The translations under genes and the position numbers were made by a program. DNA of 64,000 bases from Candidatus Bilamarchaeum dharawalense (GTDB lineage Archaea > Micrarchaeota > Micrarchaeia > Anstonellales > Bilamarchaeaceae). Below the pieces are notes generated by a model. That model did not search any database, was not told where the DNA came from, and saw nothing but the letters and a program-made list of their open reading frames with translations. Below are positions 1-8,014 of this stretch, piece by piece. The DNA is taken from contig CABMJJ010000009.1 of NCBI GenBank assembly GCA_902386555.1, positions 345,870 to 409,869 of the forward strand, given 5' to 3'. Position 1 is the first letter of the stretch, and every line of letters starts with the position of its first letter.

Positions 1-402
1 GATAACACGTAGTGCTTCTGCCTCAGTATGCACTAGTTCATATTTTGGCGAACCTTTCACATTGTATTTCTTCAAAAGATTGCGCATGTAGGATTTGTCC
101 CATTCGATTCTGGATGCGGCTTTAGATGGGGATGCTACCAACATACCTGTTGATGCAAGTGCATCGCTCACTCCTGCAGCAAGGGTTGCATCAGGACTGG
201 AAAACCCAAGATCAAAGGACTTGCCAGAAATTGCCTTTAGTATTGCTTCGGGATTTTCAATGTCACAAATCCAGTATTCTTTGGAAAGTTGAGCTATTGC
301 TGGGTTTTTTTTGGACATGATGGCATATAGATCGCAATCATGCGCCAGCCTCTCAGCAATTGCATGCTCCCTGGCACCATTACCGATAAGAAGGACTTTC
401 AT
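1..402 (-). CDS. purD: Phosphoribosylamine--glycine ligase (PurD), N-terminal part; the gene runs off the window start
   Basis: My own minus-strand translation from the ATG (cat at 400-402) gives MKVLLIGNGAREHAIAERLAHDCDLYAIMSK..., a typical PurD N-domain. It is absent from the ORF track, presumably because it reaches the window edge. Confidence 0.6.
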   Translation of the reverse strand, partial: MKVLLIGNGAREHAIAERLAHDCDLYAIMSKKNPAIAQLSKEYWICDIENPEAILKAISGKSFDLGFSSPDATLAAGVSDALASTGMLVASPSKAASRIEWDKSYMRNLLKKYNVKGSPKYELVHTEAEALRVI

Positions 403-432
403 GAAGCGATTATATTGTGTTGGAATTTAAAA

Positions 433-750
433 TCAAACTTTCTTACCAGTTCCAAATAGCTCTAAAAATGTTTCTTTGAAGGATTTTTTTAGAGGTTGCT
501 TGAGAAGATAGGAACGAACAGTAGGATACTGCCGAGTAAGTTCAAAACTGAATACGTAGTCACTGATTATTTCGTGTGGAATATTTTCTTGGTGGATGAT
601 AATCTCTTTTTCATCCTTTTTTTCACCGTCATCAAATTCCAGTTTTTCGGTTATAACTTTTTTTGGTTTTGATTTGATTTTGGATGAGTGTTTTTGCGCC
701 TGTTTTTTATGTGGTGCTTTCTTCTTGAACACTTTTTTTGATTTCTTCAT
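433..750 (-). CDS. Small, very basic Lys-rich protein; the N-terminal half resembles a histone-H1-like tail and is followed by a roughly 50 aa globular part. Hypothetical.
   Basis: 105 aa ORF. The first roughly 45 residues are about 45% K. There is a 4-bp overlap (747-750) with the upstream gene. Confidence 0.4.
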   Translation of the reverse strand: MKKSKKVFKKKAPHKKQAQKHSSKIKSKPKKVITEKLEFDDGEKKDEKEIIIHQENIPHEIISDYVFSFELTRQYPTVRSYLLKQPLKKSFKETFLELFGTGKKV

Positions 751-1451
751 TCAAAGCGCCTCTTGATGTAACCCTCACGGATAAGAAGGTTCAGACCCTC
801 TTCCACCCTAGTCACAGCAACAGAATTGGCCTTTGCAAAATCACGAACATCGATGGTGCCGCCATGAACCTTGATCCAATTATAGAGGGATTCCTTAAGT
901 AAATCATCACTCATGCCACTCATTTGGGCTAACTTTTTCTGGAGTTCGTCGCGTTTTCTTTCACATTCCAATAAAAGACGGGTATTTGCTTCGCCAGATC
1001 GGACCAGATCATCATATTTGGCAGTAAGGTCTTCGTGTTTCGCTTCAAGTTCAGTGAGTTGGGTAGAAAATTCCATTGCATCCCGGTCAATTATTTTTGC
1101 AGTTTCAGATAAAACTGCAGTAACCTGAGAAAAGATGCTTGTGGGTTTTACATCATAGTAGTCTTCAGCAACCTGAATAATGTTTAGAAAAGTTGGCATG
1201 AGATCAAGGAGTCTTGCTATTTTACCCCGTTTAGCAGAATATCCATAGAAAAATTCTATGGCATTTGGTTTGAAATCAACCTTATATTCAAGATAGGGTT
1301 TACCCTGAAGATCAGAACCTTTGATCTTTTCCACAGAAAGTACATTTTTGATAAATGCAATTTTAGTAAAACCAAGACCGCTAAGAAGTGTGGCAAGGTT
1401 TTTCAGTGGTTTCTTCTGTTTTGCAGCAACAATTATCTTTTCCTCAGTCAT
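747..1451 (-). CDS. Hypothetical protein with an N-terminal globular domain, a central coiled coil and a C-terminal winged-helix-like domain
   Basis: 234 aa. A heptad-like stretch (TELEAKHEDLTAKYDDL...KRDELQKKLAQ) is followed by a predicted wHTH (ANSVAVTRVEEGLNLLIREGYIKRR). It overlaps the ATPase gene by 8 bp and the basic-protein gene by 4 bp. Confidence 0.45.
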   Translation of the reverse strand: MTEEKIIVAAKQKKPLKNLATLLSGLGFTKIAFIKNVLSVEKIKGSDLQGKPYLEYKVDFKPNAIEFFYGYSAKRGKIARLLDLMPTFLNIIQVAEDYYDVKPTSIFSQVTAVLSETAKIIDRDAMEFSTQLTELEAKHEDLTAKYDDLVRSGEANTRLLLECERKRDELQKKLAQMSGMSDDLLKESLYNWIKVHGGTIDVRDFAKANSVAVTRVEEGLNLLIREGYIKRRFE

Positions 1452-2928
1452 TGTCTTCCTCCAAAACGACGTTTACCACGCCTTTAGTAGCCTTTCTCAT
1501 TCTAACCAGTGAGAAGACTCGAATAAGGTTCTTTTCATCAATACCAAGCTGACGCAGGAAGGAGATGATCGATGGCCGGGCATAACCGAATTTTTCTAGG
1601 ATGGCAACAAGCTGTTCACCATCCACAAGACCATCGCCCTTGGAAAACTCATTTTTGATTAGGTTAAGTTGTCCTTCATTAAGTCCAATTTCATAAAGCA
1701 TCCTAACAAATTGCTCTCGTTCAACTTCAATAATCATTTCCCCACCTCTAATTTTATAGATGAGAAGTGGTTCCTCCCCATCAATCTTATCCATCAGAAA
1801 TGTCATAACTCTGGTTTGTCTTTCTGCAAATATCATATTGACTGCAGCATCACCCACACCAAACTTTGAGATTTCACCATCGATGAAATCAGAATACCCA
1901 ATTGAATTCCTTACATAGTCACGGAATTCTTTAAGGATGATCCTAAGAACGAAAACACTTCCAATGTTGCTGAATATTGTCTTATGCATATCAGTTGGGT
2001 TTTGGGTGGCGATGACCAGAGAAAAATTATACTTACGGCCTTCCCGGACAATGGTTATGACATCGCTTCTTTCGTCCTGTGCTATTTTCCAAGCTTCATC
2101 AAGAACAACAAAAAGCTTGACTTTCTTGTTATCAGGTTGCATACCCTCAGAACGCATGAGCTCCTTGATATACTGCAAAATAGTTAGACCTGCAAGGCTT
2201 CTCATTTCCTCGCTAGGAAGTCCATGAAGATCAATGCAGACAAGACCGCTGGAAGTTAGTTTCTTTATGTCCATGGTTGATGTTCCAGCAAAAAAATCAG
2301 TACCTTCAGTTGTGAATCTTTTTAGCAGTCTGGCAGATTTTTTCCTACCTGCTTCCTCAAGTATTTTTACCACATCAGCCAGGGTTGGCCTCATTTTGCT
2401 TGGGCCAGCATCATTTTTGGCTTTCTTTGCATTTTTACCATAGTAAACAGCTTCCAATGCATCTTCAATTTCATCTCTTTCATTTGGATAGCTCTTAAGA
2501 TCAAGAAGAATGTCCAATGCGGATATAATTTGTTTAATTCTGCTTCTTTTTTGAACACCAACAAGATCAAGAATATTCAATCTTTCTTTTGCAAGATTGA
2601 TGACCTTGCCACCGGCTTGTTTTACCCAGGGCTCGTATTCCCCAACCCAGTCTAGGATTATGGCATTGGTGTTCCAAATAAGGGAGGCGCGAGTTAGGAA
2701 AGTTTTTACTGTATAGCTCTTACCAGAACCAGTAATACCGATAACTGCGATATGAGGATTGATAAGCTTGCTCGGATCCCAAAAAACAGGAGTGCGTAAA
2801 AATCGTGTTTTACCAATGTATACACCGTGGGAGGGTGATGCCAGGAGTAGATCTTTGCGTGGCTCGGGTGGGTGCACCAGAATCATTTTCCGTGCAACCT
2901 CTTTCGAGAGCATGTAAGATGGTTTCAT
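1444..2928 (-). CDS. HerA/FtsK-superfamily (DUF87-like) P-loop ATPase with a roughly 140 aa C-terminal helical extension
   Basis: Walker A (GITGSGKS), Walker B (VVLDEAW) and an ATQNP sensor/arginine-finger-like motif typical of the HerA/FtsK/VirB4 clade. 494 aa. Confidence 0.7.
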   Translation of the reverse strand: MKPSYMLSKEVARKMILVHPPEPRKDLLLASPSHGVYIGKTRFLRTPVFWDPSKLINPHIAVIGITGSGKSYTVKTFLTRASLIWNTNAIILDWVGEYEPWVKQAGGKVINLAKERLNILDLVGVQKRSRIKQIISALDILLDLKSYPNERDEIEDALEAVYYGKNAKKAKNDAGPSKMRPTLADVVKILEEAGRKKSARLLKRFTTEGTDFFAGTSTMDIKKLTSSGLVCIDLHGLPSEEMRSLAGLTILQYIKELMRSEGMQPDNKKVKLFVVLDEAWKIAQDERSDVITIVREGRKYNFSLVIATQNPTDMHKTIFSNIGSVFVLRIILKEFRDYVRNSIGYSDFIDGEISKFGVGDAAVNMIFAERQTRVMTFLMDKIDGEEPLLIYKIRGGEMIIEVEREQFVRMLYEIGLNEGQLNLIKNEFSKGDGLVDGEQLVAILEKFGYARPSIISFLRQLGIDEKNLIRVFSLVRMRKATKGVVNVVLEEDND

Positions 2929-3001
2929 ATGAACAAACTTCCTCCAATATACCTATATTCGTAACCTTGGAGGATATTTAAAGGTTAGCTCTCGATAACC
3001 G

Positions 3002-3913
3002 CTATCCAACAAAGGTAAGAATTTTTTGAGCAACCACGTCGTTTTGAGGTATTTGATTAATAATTCCGTTGTGGTCTCTGCCAGAAACAACAAGTGTTTC
3101 CACCGGAACGTATTTTGCCTTGAGAGCAGTTTCAAATGCAGTGAGTTGGGAAACTGGCACCAGTTCGTCACTTGAACCTAGAATAAGCAGATATTGGGTT
3201 GTTTCACCGGCCTTGACTTGGGATGCTGGGGAAACATCTATTTTTGGGGTGGATCCTAGGAATGAATCCAGAGCAAGGCTTACTGCCCCCTGTTCTTCAA
3301 GAGTAACAAAATCATAGGGACCAGCCAGACCAACAACCTTATCCACATTGACAGAGTTGAATTCTGATTCCTTCAGACCATATAGGGCAGAAAGATGAGC
3401 ACCTGCAGAATGACCAAGAAGAACGATTCTGTAATTATCTTTCAAGGAGAATTGCTCCTTGTTGGAATCCACATATTTCAAAACCGATGAGATGTCTTCC
3501 ATGGGAGCAGGATATTTGCTCATCGGTGCCAGGCGGTAATCCATATTCACAACACTGTAGCCGTTTTTGGCAAGGAACTGGGCTATTGGAGCCATGTACC
3601 CCTTATCACCAGCCACCCAAGCGCCCCCATGAATAACGATCACGAGTGTATCGGATTGTTGTGATGGGGCATAGAAATCAAAAATCTGAAGCAGACTCGT
3701 TGTCCCATAGCGTATGTTTTTTTTATCACCCAATGAAGGGGTAGTTGTTGTGTTATCTTCAGGAGGAGTATAAAAGTCATTATCTGAATCGTTGGTCACG
3801 AGTATTGGATTTCCACTATCTGAATTTCGATGTAGAGCAGAACAACACCCGGTTAGAATTATGGTAAAAAGAAGTAAACCGAAAAAAACCCCCACTCCTA
3901 GAATATTTTTCAT
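3002..3913 (-). CDS. Secreted or lipid-anchored alpha/beta-hydrolase (esterase/lipase family)
   Basis: HGGAW oxyanion motif and GHSAGAH nucleophile elbow. The N-terminal hydrophobic segment has a TGCCS lipobox-like site. I chose the start at M34 of the track ORF (cat at 3911-3913) so that the gene does not overlap the downstream ORF. Confidence 0.6.
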   Translation of the reverse strand: MKNILGVGVFFGLLLFTIILTGCCSALHRNSDSGNPILVTNDSDNDFYTPPEDNTTTTPSLGDKKNIRYGTTSLLQIFDFYAPSQQSDTLVIVIHGGAWVAGDKGYMAPIAQFLAKNGYSVVNMDYRLAPMSKYPAPMEDISSVLKYVDSNKEQFSLKDNYRIVLLGHSAGAHLSALYGLKESEFNSVNVDKVVGLAGPYDFVTLEEQGAVSLALDSFLGSTPKIDVSPASQVKAGETTQYLLILGSSDELVPVSQLTAFETALKAKYVPVETLVVSGRDHNGIINQIPQNDVVAQKILTFVG

Positions 3914-3957
3914 GATTAGGAATGGAACTTGAAAAAATTTAAACCAAGCTGATGATG

Positions 3958-4740
3958 TCAGAATAATGCGTCCTTGATTTCTTCTGGAGTTGTTGGGAAG
4001 AAATAGTCCCATTCAAAGCATTTGAGCATTTCCAGATCATGAAGCTCGCGGATATCGCAACCAAGAGAACTGGAAAGAATTGTTTTCAATTCCTTTGCTT
4101 GCCTTGACACTCGGCTTACCGCTTCTTCACGAGTAAGACCAAATGCAGTGGTGGAAGCGAACGCAATAATCTCAACTGGTCTTTCACCCTGAGTAATTCT
4201 ATCAAGAAGACGATTCCAATAGGCCAATTCACGATCGATCCTCATGGACTCGTCAGCAGCCAATTTCACTTCCTTTGCTTTTCTGGATTCAACTGCCCCA
4301 CGTTTGGTTTTGATTTCATCAATATGCTTGGACAGATCAAGGGTACTGATCATGAGTGAAATTTTTACAATGTATTTTAGTGAGCTAACGGCCTTTTCAA
4401 AAGACTCGAACATGTTCTTTTTTTCCTCGGTGCCCTTGTCCATGGAACTTTCATAAAATTTGATCTCGAGGAATTTGGAAACATAATAACCGGATTCGTT
4501 TTTCTTAATTATATACTCCCTAGATGGAGGAACCTCATAGCCATCGTGCATCTCGATAATGTTTGTCGCCTTGGTGAAGAATGGGATGATGAGATAGCCA
4601 TATTTCCAAAGAACAAGACTAAGGAAAAAGAAACATGCTGCAACAACTGAAAGAAGTGGACTACCGTAAACAAGTGAAATGATTACGGCCAAAATGCCGC
4701 CGACAAGTGTTATAGCAGTAACTGCTCTGTTCAGAAACAT
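3958..4740 (-). CDS. Hypothetical membrane protein with 2 N-terminal TM helices and a cytoplasmic coiled-coil domain
   Basis: 260 aa. Hydrophobic N-terminus, then a charged helical region. Confidence 0.4.
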   Translation of the reverse strand: MFLNRAVTAITLVGGILAVIISLVYGSPLLSVVAACFFFLSLVLWKYGYLIIPFFTKATNIIEMHDGYEVPPSREYIIKKNESGYYVSKFLEIKFYESSMDKGTEEKKNMFESFEKAVSSLKYIVKISLMISTLDLSKHIDEIKTKRGAVESRKAKEVKLAADESMRIDRELAYWNRLLDRITQGERPVEIIAFASTTAFGLTREEAVSRVSRQAKELKTILSSSLGCDIRELHDLEMLKCFEWDYFFPTTPEEIKDALF

Positions 4741-4795
4741 AATATCACATTCACTTGCATGGTTTAAAAGTTTAATTAGGGGACCTGAACCAGGA

Positions 4796-5902
4796 TCATA
4801 TGGAGGTGAATGACTTTATACCAATCTCACTTCCAAGAATGCCGGCAAGCTCTTTCACGAATACTATGGTAATGATAAGTGAGAAGATTGGTGCCAGCAC
4901 ATTGTAGAGAATTGATTTGGCAATGGCATTGTTGTTACTTTGCGAGATTAGAGTGAGATCACCACTAAGATCAACTGACAGATTTTGGGTCTGGTTTTGC
5001 TGAGAGTAAAGCAATAAATCGCAGGAGCTACCGTTTTCAGCGAGAGTGATGTTTACCAAGCTACCATTAACGACAGTACTTGAAAAGTTCTGCATGGTCC
5101 CATTAATATAGAAAGGACTGCGGACAAAACTACAACGACCGCTCATCACATCCAGTTTGCTTGCAAGGACATAATTGTTATTCAAATCAATTATGGGGAC
5201 CGTAGCATAATAGCTATTGTTTGTGAAATTTTTCATGGTATCTATGGAGCCATTGATCGTAGCTATTGGACTTGGGAAAATAAGGATGAATGTTGGATAG
5301 AAAATGAAAAGACCAATTGCAAGACCGATTAGGAACCCACCCAGTTTTCTTGTGGCAAAGAGAGTCCTGAGCACAAGCCCCAATGGAAATAGAAGACCAA
5401 GTGCATTCTGACCAATAAATACGGCTATTTGACTATTAAGCTGACCGATTATCATGATTGCATTGAGACTAACAAGTTGAAGGGAGAGAATATTGGAAAC
5501 CGATGCAAGATTAGCAAATGGGGACAGTCCGAATGCCCCGAAATCCAATGACATGGTTTGGTAATAACCAAGGATATTGAGAGTTTGGACGACCTGTTGG
5601 AACAGAGCAAAAAGAGAGGTGTTGACACCATCCAGGGTGCAACTTAATTGATTAACCACATTTCCATTGGCACATTGGCCAACAACAACTGAAGAACTGA
5701 CTACACCGACCAATTCAACAATGGCTGCAAAAGATCCAATGATGGCTGCGTTGATAACTGATTGGATAAGTTCTTCCAATCCAAAATGTTCTACTTTCTT
5801 ATTACCAATGGCACGACCTATGCCTACCAAAATACCTGCAAGAACTATGGATGCGGTCACTACAATGACTGCAATTTCAATACCAACAAATGATTCTGCC
5901 AT
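4796..5902 (-). CDS. Hypothetical polytopic membrane protein with many N-glycosylation sequons in its Asn/Ser-rich loops
   Basis: 368 aa with multiple hydrophobic helices. More than 12 N-x-S/T sequons in the C-terminal extracellular region. Confidence 0.4.
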   Translation of the reverse strand: MAESFVGIEIAVIVVTASIVLAGILVGIGRAIGNKKVEHFGLEELIQSVINAAIIGSFAAIVELVGVVSSSVVVGQCANGNVVNQLSCTLDGVNTSLFALFQQVVQTLNILGYYQTMSLDFGAFGLSPFANLASVSNILSLQLVSLNAIMIIGQLNSQIAVFIGQNALGLLFPLGLVLRTLFATRKLGGFLIGLAIGLFIFYPTFILIFPSPIATINGSIDTMKNFTNNSYYATVPIIDLNNNYVLASKLDVMSGRCSFVRSPFYINGTMQNFSSTVVNGSLVNITLAENGSSCDLLLYSQQNQTQNLSVDLSGDLTLISQSNNNAIAKSILYNVLAPIFSLIITIVFVKELAGILGSEIGIKSFTSI

Positions 5903-5960
5903 TGGATTGGATAAATTGTTCTAAACTTAAATAGATTTCGGATTTGGGTGGCAAGTGCAA

Positions 5961-6614
5961 TTAGATAATTTTCAATAGTTTTTTACCCATGTAGATAAAT
6001 CGTGTAGTACCTCTAGCGTAAATGGGACCTTTTTTTGTAACGAACTTTACTTTTTTCAAAGCCTTGAGCAACGCTTTTGGATCATTAAAATCAAAATCAG
6101 GAAATTCGTTGTAGTTGTAACCAAATTCAAAAAGAAAATGACTGTCGCTCCCAACTGCCTTTAGCATTTTGTTCCTACTGGCAAATGATTCGGCCAGGTG
6201 ATTAAAATTTGGATTTAAACAGCGTGCATTGAAAACTTCAATAACATCCACCTTTTTTGCTTCATCATCGCTCACGTGAGCACCGGAACGAGCATGATCA
6301 TACATGTGCGGTAGATAGGCAATGCCCCCCTGTTCATGAATGTTATCTATTGCTTCCAGAAAAGGTATTCTTTTTGGAATACGTTCATTGATATGGAGTG
6401 CAACAAGATCGCCCTTATCTGTGGAAATTTCTTCACCTGGGATGAAATCCGCACCAAGAGAACGCATTTCATTATGGGCTTCAATTGAATTGTGGTCAGT
6501 AACAGTGGGGATTATTCCCAGTTTTTTTGCCTTTGCGGCCAGGTCCCTGGGCTGGGTTAGTGAATCAGGAGAATATTTTGTGTGAATATGAAAATCGATT
6601 TTCATGTTAATCAA
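5961..6614 (-). CDS. PHP-domain metal-dependent phosphoesterase
   Basis: N-terminal IDFHIHTKYSPDS motif (H-x-H) typical of PHP domains. 217 aa. 8-bp overlap with the upstream gene. Confidence 0.7.
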   Translation of the reverse strand: MINMKIDFHIHTKYSPDSLTQPRDLAAKAKKLGIIPTVTDHNSIEAHNEMRSLGADFIPGEEISTDKGDLVALHINERIPKRIPFLEAIDNIHEQGGIAYLPHMYDHARSGAHVSDDEAKKVDVIEVFNARCLNPNFNHLAESFASRNKMLKAVGSDSHFLFEFGYNYNEFPDFDFNDPKALLKALKKVKFVTKKGPIYARGTTRFIYMGKKLLKII

Positions 6615-6906
6615 TTAGGGCATTACCTTTTTCAAGAATTGTAATCAATTCCTTTGCAATCCCATTTCCCTGTTTATGATTTATCTTCTTTTTTCCTTTT
6701 ACCATTATTCTTCCGCTGGCATAGAGACTAACCGAATAGTCTTTGAATTTTGCAAGAATAACAACCGGACTATTGCCAAGAGAGGAAAGAAGTAACTCGG
6801 CTTTTTTTAAATCAATTTTTTTATTTTTAAGTTTTATTTCTACCCCATTTGAAGAACTACATGGCTCCACAACAAAAAAATCAGTCATCCGAGTTTCGCC
6901 TTCCAA
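6607..6906 (-). CDS. Small hypothetical protein (99 aa) co-transcribed with the ThiF-like E1. It contains a segment (VSLYASGRIMVKGKK) reminiscent of the TBP-domain repeat motif. No C-terminal GG.
   Basis: ORF overlaps on both sides (6885-6906 and 6607-6614). The motif resemblance is only my own inspection. Confidence 0.35.
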   Translation of the reverse strand: MEGETRMTDFFVVEPCSSSNGVEIKLKNKKIDLKKAELLLSSLGNSPVVILAKFKDYSVSLYASGRIMVKGKKKINHKQGNGIAKELITILEKGNALID

Positions 6907-7562
6907 AATATTTCTTTTTTATAAAGATCAAAAAAAATTGCATTGGGGGCTTTGGTAATTGGTTTTTTTAGCAAAAAGTTCATTGCCTGAGATACCGCAA
7001 GCGTGCCAGCCAAGGATGCTGCCGGGCACATGATGGAAGAACATGAAGAAAAATTATCAATATCCTTGCCCGCAAGCTGAAATGCTTTTTCAAATTTATA
7101 GGTTGTAAAAATTGTCACCATACCGCGTGTGGACTGAGCAGAACAAAAAACGTAGGGGATTTTTTTATCCCGGGCCATTCTGGCCATGAGTAACTTCGAC
7201 TCCAGATTATCAGTTCCGTCTAGCAGCATGTCTGTTGTGTTAATATCGGTATCCTCATCGAATTTTCTGAATGTTTTTAGGTTAATATTTTTGTTGATTG
7301 TTTTTGCCCTGGCAATGGCAGCGTGAACCTTAGGGATGTCAAGAAATTCATCGGTGGCCAGGGTTTGACGATTGAAATTAGATAGTTCAAAGCGATCGTG
7401 ATCAAAAACAATGATGTTCTCGGCACCAAGTCTAAGTAAGTTTTCCAGAATAAATCCGCCAGTTCCTCCTAGACCAACAATGGTAAATTTTGTTTTACGA
7501 ATTTTTTCCTGTTGGTTTTTCGTAAGTGGATTTCTCAGAAATTTAAATTTATAGAAGTTCAT
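6885..7562 (-). CDS. ThiF/MoeB/HesA-family E1-like adenylyltransferase (TcdA-like size)
   Basis: Rossmann nucleotide motif VGLGGTGG, then DHDRFELSNFNRQ. 225 aa. Confidence 0.75.
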   Translation of the reverse strand: MNFYKFKFLRNPLTKNQQEKIRKTKFTIVGLGGTGGFILENLLRLGAENIIVFDHDRFELSNFNRQTLATDEFLDIPKVHAAIARAKTINKNINLKTFRKFDEDTDINTTDMLLDGTDNLESKLLMARMARDKKIPYVFCSAQSTRGMVTIFTTYKFEKAFQLAGKDIDNFSSCSSIMCPAASLAGTLAVSQAMNFLLKKPITKAPNAIFFDLYKKEIFWKAKLG

Positions 7563-7984
7563 TTGCTCAGTTTTTTCGATATGTGTTCTTGCGAAATGCG
7601 ATTTAACTTATCTTTGATCATGCGTACCTCTTCCTTTTTCACATTACCACTTTGAAGTTCGGTTAGGTTTCGCAGAATTTCCAGCCTGCGCTGAACATGA
7701 GGGTCCAGTGCCTTTTCCTGAAATAGTCCGAAGTGGGTAACATGGTAAAAGAAAATTGAAACACCGGAAAATAGAACTACGATGGTGAATAGTTTCCCAA
7801 TACTGGTATGGGGAGTTATATCACCATAGCCAACTGTGGTTATTGTGATTGACACAAAATAAATCGCATCTATCAGTGAAAGACCTTCGAAATAGATATA
7901 GAATGGAACTGCAATCAGATACACCAAAAATAACATGACAACTGCACTGAGCAGACTTTTTCTGATCTGATCTGAACTAGACAT
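7559..7984 (-). CDS. Small two-TM potassium channel (KcsA-like) with a cytoplasmic coiled-coil tail
   Basis: Selectivity filter TTVGYGDITP between two hydrophobic helices. 141 aa. ATGA overlap with the ThiF-like gene. Confidence 0.7.
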   Translation of the reverse strand: MSSSDQIRKSLLSAVVMLFLVYLIAVPFYIYFEGLSLIDAIYFVSITITTVGYGDITPHTSIGKLFTIVVLFSGVSIFFYHVTHFGLFQEKALDPHVQRRLEILRNLTELQSGNVKKEEVRMIKDKLNRISQEHISKKLSK

Positions 7985-8014
7985 AATTAGTTCTTATCAT
8001 TCATACATTTAAAA

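Noticed and set aside
1444-1600. Possible EF-hand calcium-binding loop (DGLVDGEQLV) in the ATPase C-terminal extension
   Set aside because: The spacing does not fit the canonical 12-residue EF-hand loop (D-x-[DN]-x-[DG]-x-I-x-x-x-x-E). It is treated as a generic helical repeat.
913-2443. Several 60-100 aa ORFs on the + strand (913-1128, 1321-1512, 1669-1869, 1937-2227, 1984-2187, 2234-2443) inside the minus-strand operon
   Set aside because: They are antisense shadow ORFs lying entirely within well-supported longer genes. Their products are low-complexity and have no motifs.
5800-5902. N-terminus of the 368-aa membrane protein (MAESFVGIEIAVIVV…) as an archaeal class III (type IV pilin) signal peptide
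   Set aside because: It lacks the positively charged leader followed by a [KR]-G/A cleavage site. The protein is polytopic rather than a single-helix pilin.
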